A stretch of DNA of 64,000 bases from an uncultured Candidatus Rokubacteria bacterium (GCA_963754315.1 CAVWFS010000007.1:448001-512000); one strand, 5' to 3'; positions 43,947-54,332 are shown, counted from the stretch's first letter. Notes: a model not told the origin generated them from the sequence alone. Numbers and translations: made by a program.

Positions 43947-44022
43947 TCGATCCTCCGCGGGGTTATGGGGTGTGGGCGCGGCGTCTAAGATCCCGCGCCC
44001 GCGCACTTGATAGCCCTCGGAC

Positions 44023-44062
44023 ATTGCAGCGTGATGACAGACCCGTGGAGTTTTGGCGACCT
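44023..44062 (-). promoter_or_regulatory. Pho box upstream of phoX
   Basis: Minus strand AGGTCGC-N4-ACTCCAC-N4-CTGTCAT-N4-CTGCAAT: four 11-bp-periodic units, one a perfect CTGTCAT. Confidence 0.7.
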
Positions 44063-44075
44063 TGGAGCCGACGGC

Positions 44076-45425
44076 TTAGTTGGCGAGAGCGACGAGAAGC
44101 AAGCCGTTCTGACCGAGCGGAGCGTGAAACTTACAGAAGAAGTGCACGGAGCCCGCGAGTGGGAACGTGATGTCAATCGCTACCCGGTCGCCGGGGAGCA
44201 GGTCACGGTCGACGGCGAGCGGGGTAGCACTCAGATTGTGAAGCGCGCTCGCCTCATTCTTCACGTGGAGGCGGAGTCGCTGCCCGCTCCGGCCTCGCAG
44301 AAAGGTTGGCGCGAAGTAGTAATCGTCTGCCCGCAGGGTCGCCTGCGTCATATCTCTCACGTCCAAGGTGCCGTGATCGGCGACGGGGAACCCACCGATC
44401 GTGACGGCCCCCCGCTCTGCCCCCGTCGGTGCGGCGCCGGAGGTGCCCCGCGTCGACTGCGGCTGAACGGCGATCTTGCGGGGGGCATTACCCACCGGGA
44501 TCGTGGCAATGACCGTGCGCGCGGTGAGATCCACCACCGACACGTCGTTCGAGCCCTCGTTGCTTACGTAAGCTCGCTTTCCGTCAGAACTGGCCGCTAC
44601 CCAGTGTGGGGTTTTGCCCACCGGAACCGTACCGGCCACCATCCCGCTCACCGCGTCGATAATCCCGAGCTCGCCGGGTCCCTGACTGGGCACGAGAGCC
44701 CACCGCCCATCGGGGGTGAAGGGGGCCTGGTGAGGTGAGGCGCCTACCGGAATCTGGCCCACGACCCGGTTGGTCGCGGTGTCGAGCACCTGCACCGCGG
44801 CCAAGCCGGCGACCGTGAAGTAGAGTCGCTGCCCGTCGGGACTGAGATCGAGAGCCCGAGGCGTCCGGTCGAGAGGGACCCGCGCCGTCTCCTTCATGGT
44901 GGCGACGTCGATCCGCACGAGTGCCGTTGCCCCTTGCTGCTGCGAGCCGACCCAGGCCTGGCGACCGTCCGTGCTGATCGTGCCATTGTGAGCCTGCGCG
45001 ACCGGGATCCGGCCCACGATCCGGTCGGCTGTCGTGTCGATGAAGATAGCCTCGTTAGCGCCCCACGCCGACACCAGGACACGCGTGCCGTCAGCCGAGA
45101 CGGCGAGGCCGTGCGGGTTCGGTCCCACCTCCACCGTGGCCACGGCGCGGTCGGTGGTGGTGTCGATGACGGTGACCGTGGAATCGCCATCGCTCGAGAC
45201 GTACACCTTGCGTCCGTCCGGCGTCACCACGAGGCCGTGAGGTCCCTTGGGCACGGCGATGGTTCCGACCACGCGGTTGGATGCCGTGTCGATCACGGCT
45301 ACCGCGTTGTCACGAAAGAGGCCGACGTAGACCTTGGGGGCAGCCGCTCCGAGCCCCGAATCGACGGTCTCCACCCACAGAATCCACGTCAGCAGCATCG
45401 CGGCCGTCACCACCATCCGTGCCAT
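44076..45425 (-). CDS. Secreted YVTN/YncE beta-propeller with a C-terminal cupredoxin domain
   Basis: Repeated V.VID.....V...I.VG..P.G blades; C-terminal HNL...FFCKFHAPLGQ. Confidence 0.85.
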   Translation of the reverse strand: MARMVVTAAMLLTWILWVETVDSGLGAAAPKVYVGLFRDNAVAVIDTASNRVVGTIAVPKGPHGLVVTPDGRKVYVSSDGDSTVTVIDTTTDRAVATVEVGPNPHGLAVSADGTRVLVSAWGANEAIFIDTTADRIVGRIPVAQAHNGTISTDGRQAWVGSQQQGATALVRIDVATMKETARVPLDRTPRALDLSPDGQRLYFTVAGLAAVQVLDTATNRVVGQIPVGASPHQAPFTPDGRWALVPSQGPGELGIIDAVSGMVAGTVPVGKTPHWVAASSDGKRAYVSNEGSNDVSVVDLTARTVIATIPVGNAPRKIAVQPQSTRGTSGAAPTGAERGAVTIGGFPVADHGTLDVRDMTQATLRADDYYFAPTFLRGRSGQRLRLHVKNEASALHNLSATPLAVDRDLLPGDRVAIDITFPLAGSVHFFCKFHAPLGQNGLLLVALAN

Positions 45426-45506
45426 GTCGATTTGTCCTTTCTGTCTGGGGACCCTGTCGGCGTGGCGCGCTGTTGGGGCGCGGCACACGACGTCTCTAAT
45501 GGTGCT

Positions 45507-45531
45507 AACGCCGATCGCCCCGGGTCGTTCC
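45507..45531 (-). promoter_or_regulatory. ECF-type promoter for the propeller-cupredoxin gene
   Basis: GGAAC-N16-CGTT on the minus strand, divergent from the adjacent ECF sigma gene. Confidence 0.55.
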
Positions 45532-45588
45532 GTTGCGTAGCGAAAACGTCACGGCGGCCACCGGCACACCTGGGCAGAGGATGCTACG

Positions 45589-46143
45589 ATGCCTGGCACC
45601 ATGATGCGGCAGAGCGACGGTACGGCGGCGTCGCTTGGCCAGCAGGCGCTGGCCTATGCCGACACGCTTTACAATCTGGCTCGCTACCTCACCGGCAACG
45701 CCACCGATGCGGAAGATCTCGTGCAGGAGACGTACGTCCGTGCTCTGGCGGCGGCCGGCCGATTCGAGCCGGGGACAAACCTGAAGGCATGGCTCTTTCG
45801 GATCCTCCGCAATACGTTCCTCAGTCTGGCCCGGCAGCGGCGGAGCAACCCGACCGTAGGCGGCCTTGACACGGTGGATCCGGTAATCGAGCCTTCGGCC
45901 GGCGCGGCGTGGCTACGTGACGACGTCGAGCTCGATCGGCTGCGGAAGGTCGTAGCGGCTGAGATCGAGCGGGCGCTGATGAGCCTGTCCGACGACGCCC
46001 GGCTGATCATCCTGCTCGACCTGGAGGGTCTGACGGAAGCCGAGGCGGCGGCGGTGCTGCAGTGCCCAGTCGGTACGGTGAAATCGCGGCTGGCGCGGGC
46101 GCGCTACGCCCTCCGCCGCCAGCTTCAGGACTACGCGCGGTGA
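45589..46143 (+). CDS. ECF RNA polymerase sigma factor
   Basis: DAEDLVQET, AWLFRILRN, PVGTVKSRL.RAR. Confidence 0.9.
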   Translation: MPGTMMRQSDGTAASLGQQALAYADTLYNLARYLTGNATDAEDLVQETYVRALAAAGRFEPGTNLKAWLFRILRNTFLSLARQRRSNPTVGGLDTVDPVIEPSAGAAWLRDDVELDRLRKVVAAEIERALMSLSDDARLIILLDLEGLTEAEAAAVLQCPVGTVKSRLARARYALRRQLQDYAR

Positions 46144-46916
46144 CACGCGACATGGATTGCCCCACGGCCAGGCTCCACATTCTGGAGGATCAGCGCGGCG
46201 AGCTGGATCCGGCTGCCGCGGCGACCCTCGCGTGCCATCTCGAGCGCTGCCCTGACTGCGCGCACGAGGAGAGGGCTGAACGGCTTCTGGCCGAACGGCT
46301 GGATCTCCACCTGCCCCGGCATGCGGCTTCCTTTGCGCTCAAGCGCCGCTTGGCCTCCCAGTGGCCTGTCTCATCGCCCACTTCGGTCCGAAGTCTGCTT
46401 GGCAGGTCAGGGCGCTGGCTGGCAGTGGCGGCCGGAATCCTCCTGACCATTTCCCTGGCCGCCTTGGCGGCAGGTCGGCTTGCCGGACGGCATCCGGCGG
46501 AGTCCCTCGTGACGGAAGCGGTGAACGATCACCTCAGGGTTCTCGCGAAGGGGTCAAACCTCGACGTCCAGAGCAGCGACCTGCACCAGGTTCGGCCATG
46601 GCTCAGCTCCCGCCTCGACTTCGCGCCGGTGATTCCCTTCCCGGGTGACCACGATTTTCCGCTGCGGGGAGGCGGCCTGGAGTACTTCCTCGACCGCCGG
46701 GCGGCAGTCCTCGTTTACGGCCGCCGGTTGCACACGGTGACTGTGATTGTCACTCGACCCGATGGACAGGCCTGGCCAGAGGCGGCGACGCCGCTGGTCA
46801 CAAACGTCCGGGGCTTTCACGTGCGGCTGTGGACACGCGGCGGCCTCGCGTATGCGGTGGTCTCCGACCTGGACCCGGGCGAGCTGGCCCGCTTCGCGGC
46901 CCGGCTGGGGGGCTGA
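46140..46916 (+). CDS. Zinc-finger transmembrane anti-sigma factor
   Basis: HLERCPDC (ZAS HxxxCxxC), TM helix, SSD.H.V.PW...LDF.P, YAVVSDL; GTGA overlap with the sigma stop. Confidence 0.9.
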   Translation: MTRDMDCPTARLHILEDQRGELDPAAAATLACHLERCPDCAHEERAERLLAERLDLHLPRHAASFALKRRLASQWPVSSPTSVRSLLGRSGRWLAVAAGILLTISLAALAAGRLAGRHPAESLVTEAVNDHLRVLAKGSNLDVQSSDLHQVRPWLSSRLDFAPVIPFPGDHDFPLRGGGLEYFLDRRAAVLVYGRRLHTVTVIVTRPDGQAWPEAATPLVTNVRGFHVRLWTRGGLAYAVVSDLDPGELARFAARLGG

Positions 46917-46943
46917 CACCCGTTCTGGCGCGAGGGCTTCCCT

Positions 46944-47633
46944 TCAGCCGCCGCTAGGACGGCGCGACCTGCGGCCCTTCTGGCCTCGAGACTCACTGGG
47001 CGAGCGCGGGGTTCGCGTCCTCGTCCGCTGGCGACTCCCGCGCGGCGGCGCCGCGCGGGTCACCGCCTCCACATTTGTTCGTACACCCGCAATGGTTCCA
47101 GCGAGCGCGTCGCGCACGGCACGGCCAGCGGCGGCACTCACACGGTCGGCACCCTCGATGGCTCCCTGTGCGGCGTCCGTGGCCAGCCTACCGGCGTCAC
47201 CGCCCGTGGTGCGGGCAGCGGCGATTGTTCCCTCCACCGCGCGCCGGGCCACGTCCGCCACGTCGCCACCCACCTCAGCGGCCGTCCTCACGGCGGCCTG
47301 GGCGGCCGCCTTCGCCGCCGTTCCCAGCTCACCACCGATCTCCTGAGCAGCCTGCACCGTCCCCTGGACCGCGCTCTTCGCAGCGCCGCCGAGGTCGCCG
47401 CCGATGTCGGCGGCCGCCCGGATGGCCATGCGAACGGCCGTCACCCCCGCCGTCCCCACGTAGGTGCCAACCTCGGCGAGGCCGGTCAAAGTGGTGACCA
47501 ACGTCTGCCGCACGAGATTCAGCACACCCACCGAGACGATCTCGGCGCCGTTGATGGCGCCGCGCACGACCTCCTCCATCCGCTGTGGTGTCGGACGCTC
47601 GACCTTTGCCCTGGCACGCTTCCTCTGAGCCAT
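46944..47633 (-). CDS. Ala/Gly-rich 22-residue tandem-repeat protein with a basic tail (paralogue A)
   Basis: AAADIGGDLGGAAKSAVQGTVQ / AAQEIGGELGTAAKAAAQAAVR / TAAEVGGDVADVARRAVEGTIA...; AAGGGG RBS. Confidence 0.75.
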   Translation of the reverse strand: MAQRKRARAKVERPTPQRMEEVVRGAINGAEIVSVGVLNLVRQTLVTTLTGLAEVGTYVGTAGVTAVRMAIRAAADIGGDLGGAAKSAVQGTVQAAQEIGGELGTAAKAAAQAAVRTAAEVGGDVADVARRAVEGTIAAARTTGGDAGRLATDAAQGAIEGADRVSAAAGRAVRDALAGTIAGVRTNVEAVTRAAPPRGSRQRTRTRTPRSPSESRGQKGRRSRRPSGG

Positions 47634-47654
47634 TGTTCATTCCCCTTCTCGGGT

Positions 47655-48872
47655 TCAGGCGAGCTGCCGCGCCGCCCGCTCGAGCTTCACCCGGTGATCC
47701 TCGCTCTCCCAGGGCACCTCGAGGTCGCGGCGGCCAAAGTGGCCGTACGAGGCCAGACGGGCGTAGAACGATCCCTCATGCTGGGCGGGCAATTCACGCA
47801 GATGGAAGCGCTGTAGCACCGCTGCCGGTCGCAGATCCATGGTCTCCTCGACGATCCTGGCCAAGACGTCGTCGGGTACGACACCCGTGCCGAAGGTCTG
47901 CACCGACACGGTCAACGGTTGAGCCTGGCCGATGGCATACGCAAGGTGCACCTCGCATTCTGCGCACAACTTGGCCGCCACCAAGTTACTGGCCGCGTGA
48001 CGGGCCGCGTAAGCGCCGAGGCGGTCGATGTGATCCGGGTCCTTGCCCGACAAGGCTCCTCCGCCGTGCCGGCTGTAACCCCCATAGGTATCCACGGTGT
48101 TCTTGCGGCCCGTGAGGCCGGCGTCGCGGCGTGGGCCGCCCACCACGAACGGGCCACCTGGATTCACGAACAGACGTGTCGTCCGACCGAACTCAAGACC
48201 CGTCTCGCTCAGCACGGGCCCCAGGACAGCCTGTCGAATGTCATCCTCGAGCCGGTGGTCCGCGCCTGCCGCACCCCGGCGGCTGGTCGTCTGGACGCTA
48301 ATCACCACCGTGTGCAGCCGAACCGGCCGCCGACCTTCGAACTCGATCGCGACCAGGGTTTTGCCGTCGGGCCCTAGGTACGATAAGGCCTTTGTTCGAC
48401 GCACTTCGTCGAGGCGACGAGCGAGCCGATGGGCCAGCGCGATTGGCAATGGCATGCGCTCGGGCGTGTGCGTGCAGGCATAGCCGAAGACGGAGGCCTG
48501 GTCGGATGCCACCATCGCGTCTAGTTCGTTGTCGGCGCCGTCGACCACGCTGCGCGCGCCGTGGGGCGCCCGCTGCGACAAGCTCGTGATGACACTGGCG
48601 TTCTCGGGGTCGAAGCCCTGGGCCTCCGTGTATCCAATCTCGCGGATCACCCGTCGCGCCACCTCGGCCGGATCGACGCTGACCGACGACATGGAGTTGA
48701 CGGCGAGAAAGACGAGCCCCGTGGCCACCGCGCATTCCGCCGATACCTGGGCATCGGAGTCCAGGTACAGGAACGCATCGACCACGGCGTCCGAGATCTG
48801 ATCACAGATCTTGTCCGGATGACCCTGGGTCACCGATTCCGAGGTGAAGACACTCCGCTTGCTCACGCTCAC
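47655..48872 (-). CDS. metK: Methionine adenosyltransferase (divergent paralogue)
   Basis: FTSESVT.GHPDK.CDQISD, DGKT, DAGLTGRK, GGGA.SGKD, YGHFGR; GTGA overlap with the ATPase stop. Confidence 0.9.
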   Translation of the reverse strand: MSVSKRSVFTSESVTQGHPDKICDQISDAVVDAFLYLDSDAQVSAECAVATGLVFLAVNSMSSVSVDPAEVARRVIREIGYTEAQGFDPENASVITSLSQRAPHGARSVVDGADNELDAMVASDQASVFGYACTHTPERMPLPIALAHRLARRLDEVRRTKALSYLGPDGKTLVAIEFEGRRPVRLHTVVISVQTTSRRGAAGADHRLEDDIRQAVLGPVLSETGLEFGRTTRLFVNPGGPFVVGGPRRDAGLTGRKNTVDTYGGYSRHGGGALSGKDPDHIDRLGAYAARHAASNLVAAKLCAECEVHLAYAIGQAQPLTVSVQTFGTGVVPDDVLARIVEETMDLRPAAVLQRFHLRELPAQHEGSFYARLASYGHFGRRDLEVPWESEDHRVKLERAARQLA

Positions 48873-51863
48873 GCTGGCTCCTTCCTTACGGCCTTTGCAA
48901 TCTCGTGAGCCGCGAGGGGTGCCGCCGCCCCCGCCCCCACCACGACCCAGTCAATCAGCCCAAGCGGGGTCGTCCCGAGCAACTGTCGCAGCACCGGCAC
49001 GGTCACACTCGCTACCTGCAGAGCGAGGGTACCCCCAAGCGCTCCCACCATGAGCGGGTTCTGACGCAGGTCAGAGAGTCCCGAGCGGGTCTCTGACCGA
49101 CATGTGAGGGCATGCAAGAGCTGGGAGCTGGTGAGGGTCGCGAAGGCCACGGTGGAGGCCTGGGGACCCATGCCATAGCGGGCCGTAGCGACTCCGTACG
49201 CGCCCAAGGTGCTCGCCGCCAGCAGCGCGGCGTCTCGGCCCACGCCGAGGAGGGTTCGGGTGGACAAGATGGACGCCTCACGATCCTGCGGCTCGTGCAG
49301 CATGACGTCACGCTCGGGGGGCTCCACCGCGAGAGCCAGGGCCGGTACCACATCGGACAGCAGGTTGATCCAAAGGAACTGGACCGCGCTGAGCGGACGG
49401 GCGGCACCCAGCGCGATGGCGCCGATCGTGACCAGTATCTCGCTGAGGTTCGTGGCGAGGAGAAAGTTCAGCGCCTTGCGCACGTTGGTATGAGTGGTAC
49501 GGCCCTGCTCGATGGCGGCCACCAGAGACGAGAGATTGTCGTCGAGGAGTATGACATCGCCGAGGTCGCGCGCCACGTCGGTTCCACTCGCGCCCATGGC
49601 TACGCCGATGTCGGCCACCCGTAGCGCCGGACCGTCGTTGATGCCATCGCCGGTCATGGCCACGACCTCACCGCTGGCTTGCAGAGCCTTCACGACCTGA
49701 TATTTGTGCGCGGGCGACACACGGGCGAAGATGTCGACTTCCGCGGCAAGGCCGCGCAGCGCTTCCGGGGTCAAGGCCGAGAGCTGGGTGGCCTCAGCGA
49801 CCCGGAGGCTTCCGTGACGCTCGAGACCTAGGGCTCGTCCCACTGCGATGGCCGTTCCGCTCTGATCGCCGGTGAGCATCACGATGCGCATCCCGGCCCG
49901 CTGGCAGGCCGCGATGACCTCGCGTACACCCGGGCGGATCGGATCGGCCATGCCGACCAGTCCCGTCCACACCAAGTCCTCGTGAGGAGGAGCACCGGCC
50001 GAGGGCTCATTGAAGGCGAGCCCGAGGACGCGCATGGCCTGTTCGGCCATGCGGGCGTTGGCCGCCAAGATTTCGCGTCGGATCTTCGCGGTGAGACGGC
50101 GGAAGTGGCCGTTGGCGCCCAGGATTCGCGTCGAGCGCTGCAGGACCTCCTCGGGCGCTCCCTTGACCGCCACCAACTCGTAGCCGTCGGCGTTCCGATG
50201 TCGCGTCGCCATCCAGTTCTGGCCTTCGGCGCGCGGCCAGACCTCTGCCAAGGGAAACGCATTGCGGACTTCCCGGTAGTCGAGCCCGCGACGCCGGGCG
50301 GCCTCGAGGAGCGCCCCTTCCGTCGCACTCCCCCGGATCGTGCAGCCGTTGTCACTCTCCTCCAGCTCCGCCTCGTTGCAGAGCATGGCGACGGTGATGG
50401 CGCGGGCCAAGCGTTGGTCCAGGTCAGTCAGGGCCGTCCGGCCGTTACCGTGGCTTACATCCGGGCTCCCATCGCTCGGATCCGCGACGAAGAGCGCCGT
50501 TTTCGAGGGACCACCCCTGGACGCTCATCCGATTCTCGGTCAAGGTCCCGGTCTTGTCGAGACAGATGACCGTGGTTGCGCCAAGAGTCTCGATCACCTG
50601 GAGCCGACGTACCAGGGCCTGGCGCTTCAGCATGCGATGCATGCCGAGGGCGAGCGTCGTGGTCGCGACAGTGGGTAGACCTTCCGGGACCGCCGCCACC
50701 CCCAGCGCGATCGTGGTCCGGGCCATCTCGAGAAACGATACCCCTCGAAGCAACCCAAGGCCCAGCGCCACCCCACACAGCGCGGTGGTCACGCCTACGA
50801 GCGTCCGTCCCATCTGCGCCAAGTGCGCTTCGAGCGGAGTCGGCGGGGCGGCCGACTGCGCGATCAGCGCGCGAATCTGGCCGACCTCGGAATTGGCACC
50901 GGTTTCGGTGACGACGGCCAGGCCGGCGCCCTCACTCACCACGGTGCCGGCAAAGATCATGTTGGTGCGGTCGGCCAGCGGCGTGGCAGTGCGCATGCAC
51001 CGTCTGGGCGCGCTTTGCCACCGGCATACTTTCCCCGGTCAGCATCGACTCGTTCACGAGCAGCCCGTCGACGTCCTCGAGCAGACGCCCGTCCGCCGGC
51101 ACTTCGTGGCCCGCCCGCAGCAGGATCACATCACCAGGCACCAGCACTGCCGCGGCCAGGAGCGTGTTCCGCCCATCACGGCGGACCAGAGCCGTCGGCA
51201 CGGCCATGCGCTGGAGCGAGGTCAGGATTCGCTCGACCCGACTCTCGGTGATGTAGCCGACGGCGGCATTCACCACGACAACCCCAACAATCACGAGCGC
51301 GTCGAAGATACCGCCAGTGATGAGTGACACGGCCGCTGCCCCGGCCAGCAGCGCTACTGGCAGGGTGGCCACCTGGTCCACCAGGATGGCCATCGCGGAC
51401 TTTGGCTCAGGAGCGGGGAGAGCATTCGGCCCGTAGGCGGCAAGGCGCCGAGCGGCTTCGGTGCCGGCGAGCCCTCGCTCGGGAACGACCTCCAGCCGCG
51501 TGGTGACGGCGTCCGTGGCCAAGGCATGCCAAGCTGTGCGGCCCTCCAGGCGCGACAGCCTCGGCTCGGTCTGGTCCCTTTGTGCGCCGTCGCGGTGCTC
51601 GCCGTGGAGCCGTGACCGCCAGCGATTTCAAGGACGAGCTGGTTGACGGTCAGCCTGGTCGCATCGAAGAACACCAGGACGGACCCGGTCACGGGGCTCA
51701 CCTGGGCCGAGCCCACATGGGCGAGCCCCTGCAGATGATCCCGAATGCGTTGGGCCAGTGACGGCGATCGCCGTAATCCCGCCACCCGGACACGAAGGCG
51801 ACCGGCTACGGCGACAGAGACAAGCGTGATGGAGGGGGGAACGGTGCGCGCCTCGCTGCTCAT
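48869..51863 (-). CDS. P2A-like (Ca2+-type) P-type ATPase with an N-terminal HMA2-like domain; frameshifts near 51540, 51000 and 50455
   Basis: GRLRVRV, YGPN.L, TGES, PEGLP, DKTGTLT, KGAPE, TGDGIND, QFLWINLLSD spread over four ORFs. Confidence 0.85.
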
Positions 51864-52193
51864 GGACCCGATCAGGCACCTCCCATAAATCTCTCCGGAC
51901 TGCCGAACAGGTGCCAGTCGCGGGGAAGCGGAGACCGGTTAGGTGCTAGGAGCTTAGACTCGTGGCTGTGCCGGAGTCCCCGAGGTCCCCCCGCTGATCG
52001 AGATAGCCATGCATCGCTCGCCGAAACTGTCTACCCAGGCTTGACGGTGAACCCAGAACCGACTCCACCAGGAAACCTACCGCGAGATCCAGCAGCCCCG
52101 GCAGCATCATTGCGCCTCCTCAGGTATGGCCGCTGCTTTCATCCTCGCCTACTGAGGATAACGCCTGGATGTAACAGAGTGACGAAGGAATTG

Positions 52194-54332
52194 TTACAAA
52201 TTGCCGACAGGAGCGGGAGAAGATCTGAGCACCAGCAGGGGGGCAGCCAGGGCCGCACCATTGCTGATGAGCATGGCACTGGCGGGACCGGCGAGGCCCA
52301 GCGAGGCGAGTCCGGCGACCGCCAGGTTTCCGTAGACAGCAAGATCGATCGTCTGTCGGTAGGCCTCGATCGTGGCGCGGCCGAGGTCGAGCGCTCGCAC
52401 AACCTGCTCGAGGCCGCCCCGCAGAAGGACCACGCTGGCCGCCTCCGTGACGACCTCCGCCCCGCCCTGCACGGCGATCCCGACGTTGGCGGCGCGCAAC
52501 GCCAGGGCGTCATTCACCCCGTCGCCCACCATGGCTACGGCCCGCCCCTGGGAACGGAGCTCGCGAATCAGGGCGGCTTTGTCCTCGGGCAGCAAGTCGG
52601 CATGGTATCGTGCAACGCCGAGTTCCCGGGCTACGAAACGGGTCGGTTCCGGGTGATCACCGGACACCATCACGATTTCGCGCGTATCGCGGGCCCGTAG
52701 GGCAAGGATCGCGGCTTCGGCATCGGCCCTCAGCGCATCCTCGAGAAGGATCGCGCCGGCCAGCCGCGTGCCGATCGCGACCAACGTAACCGACCCTCCC
52801 CGCGCGTGCGCCTCGGCTTCGTCGGCAGCGGCTGGTCTCAGATCAATGCCCTGCGACTCCAGAAAGCGTCGGCTTCCGACCAAGATCTTCTCGCCGTCGA
52901 CGGTCACGGCCACGCCCAGACCCACTCGTGTCTCGGGCCCGGACTCCTTCGGGATCACTACGCCGGTACGCTCCGCCTGGCGGACGATCGCGCGCGCGAA
53001 CGGGTGACGGACGGCGCGCTCGGCCGCGGCCGCCAGACCCAAGATCGCGTCCCCTCCGCAGTCGTTGTAGCTGACGATCCGACTGACCTGGGGTTGGCCG
53101 CTGGTAAGGGTTCCGGTCTTATCGAAGACGACCGTGTCGATTCGGGCGAGGCGCTCGAGGACTCCGGGCCCTTTCAGAAGGATGCCCTCCATCACCGCCT
53201 GACGCACCTTGGCGAGAGCGACCGTGGGGATGGCGACACGAGTGGCGGTCCCGTAGTCCGCGACCACGATGGCGAGGCCGGCGTCGATGCTGCGCGAGAC
53301 GGCGGCCCCGACGAGACCGAAGAAAATGGTCCGCCCGACGAGCCGGTTGGCCAGTTCCTGGGCGAAAATCTGGACCTCCGGCTTCTCGCCCGCCGCCCTC
53401 TCGATCGCCTCGATAATGTGTCCGAGTCCGGTGTCCCGTCCGACGCGGTCGACCCTGACCACGATCTCACCGTCCTCCACGGTGGTGCCGGCATACACCT
53501 CGTGGCGGGTCTTTCGCTCGACCGGCAAACCTTCGCCAGTCATGGTGTGCTGGTCGACCAGCGCCTCCCCGCGAATCACGTGACCGTCGACCGGGACTCG
53601 CTCACCCGCCCCGAGCACGACCGTGTCGCCGGCCGCGAGGGCCGCTGCCGAGACGCGCTCCCGGCGCCGGCCCTTTCGCCGCCGCACCGTCTGGTCTGGC
53701 GGAGCGAAGAGGTCGCGCAGCGATCGTCGACTACGAACAACTGTCCGCTCCAGGATCCATTGCCCGATGGCAAAGAGGCCGGTGAGCAGGCTGGCCGCGG
53801 GGTAGTTTCCGCGCACGAGCAGGACAAGGAACGTCACGGCATCCAAGGTGTCTACGTTCAGGCGGGGGCCTGTGCGCAGAGCCTGGCGGAGCCGCGAGAG
53901 GATCGGCAGACCGGACAGCACAACAAGACCAGCGGTGACGCCGGCCGGGACCGGGAGGAGCGACGCTGTGAAGGCGGCGCCGGCCGTCGCCAGATTCAAC
54001 AGCGAGCCGTGGCGAACCCACGCCTGATCGCCGCCGAACGGAGATCCGTCCGCGGCGGCAGGCGTCAGCAGGGGCGGGATTCGTCTCGCGGCTGGCGATC
54101 CGCCCAGCGCCTCCAGCAGCATGGCCTCCGTGCACGCTTGGGGATCGTACTCGACGACCAGGCTCCCGGTGCGTGACCTGAATCGAACGGACCGCACGCC
54201 CGCGACACCCTTGAGTTGTGCCGTCGGAGAGATCGCACGTGGGTAGGCCCGCCCCTCCGCTCCGCGCAAGCGCAGTCGGCCCGGCACGGAATGCGCGATG
54301 CCCCACTCGAGGGCCGGCTTAGTCGTCGCCGT
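52194..54332 (-). CDS. P1B-type heavy-metal ATPase with an atypical Cys-less TM motif (start uncertain; ORF open from 54491)
   Basis: HSVPGRLRL, TGE..P, ADYGTA before DKTGTLT, HP, VGDGVND. Confidence 0.85.
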   Translation of the reverse strand, partial: TATTKPALEWGIAHSVPGRLRLRGAEGRAYPRAISPTAQLKGVAGVRSVRFRSRTGSLVVEYDPQACTEAMLLEALGGSPAARRIPPLLTPAAADGSPFGGDQAWVRHGSLLNLATAGAAFTASLLPVPAGVTAGLVVLSGLPILSRLRQALRTGPRLNVDTLDAVTFLVLLVRGNYPAASLLTGLFAIGQWILERTVVRSRRSLRDLFAPPDQTVRRRKGRRRERVSAAALAAGDTVVLGAGERVPVDGHVIRGEALVDQHTMTGEGLPVERKTRHEVYAGTTVEDGEIVVRVDRVGRDTGLGHIIEAIERAAGEKPEVQIFAQELANRLVGRTIFFGLVGAAVSRSIDAGLAIVVADYGTATRVAIPTVALAKVRQAVMEGILLKGPGVLERLARIDTVVFDKTGTLTSGQPQVSRIVSYNDCGGDAILGLAAAAERAVRHPFARAIVRQAERTGVVIPKESGPETRVGLGVAVTVDGEKILVGSRRFLESQGIDLRPAAADEAEAHARGGSVTLVAIGTRLAGAILLEDALRADAEAAILALRARDTREIVMVSGDHPEPTRFVARELGVARYHADLLPEDKAALIRELRSQGRAVAMVGDGVNDALALRAANVGIAVQGGAEVVTEAASVVLLRGGLEQVVRALDLGRATIEAYRQTIDLAVYGNLAVAGLASLGLAGPASAMLISNGAALAAPLLVLRSSPAPVGNL

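Noticed and set aside
31360..51560. Programmed frameshifting in the permease, Ppd, GT4 or ATPase
   Set aside because: No consistent slippery motif; indels are scattered across the window, which suggests error or decay.
51864..52193. yybP-ykoY (Mn) riboswitch before the P-type ATPase
   Set aside because: The conserved GGGGAGUAGC...GAGACC elements were not found by eye.
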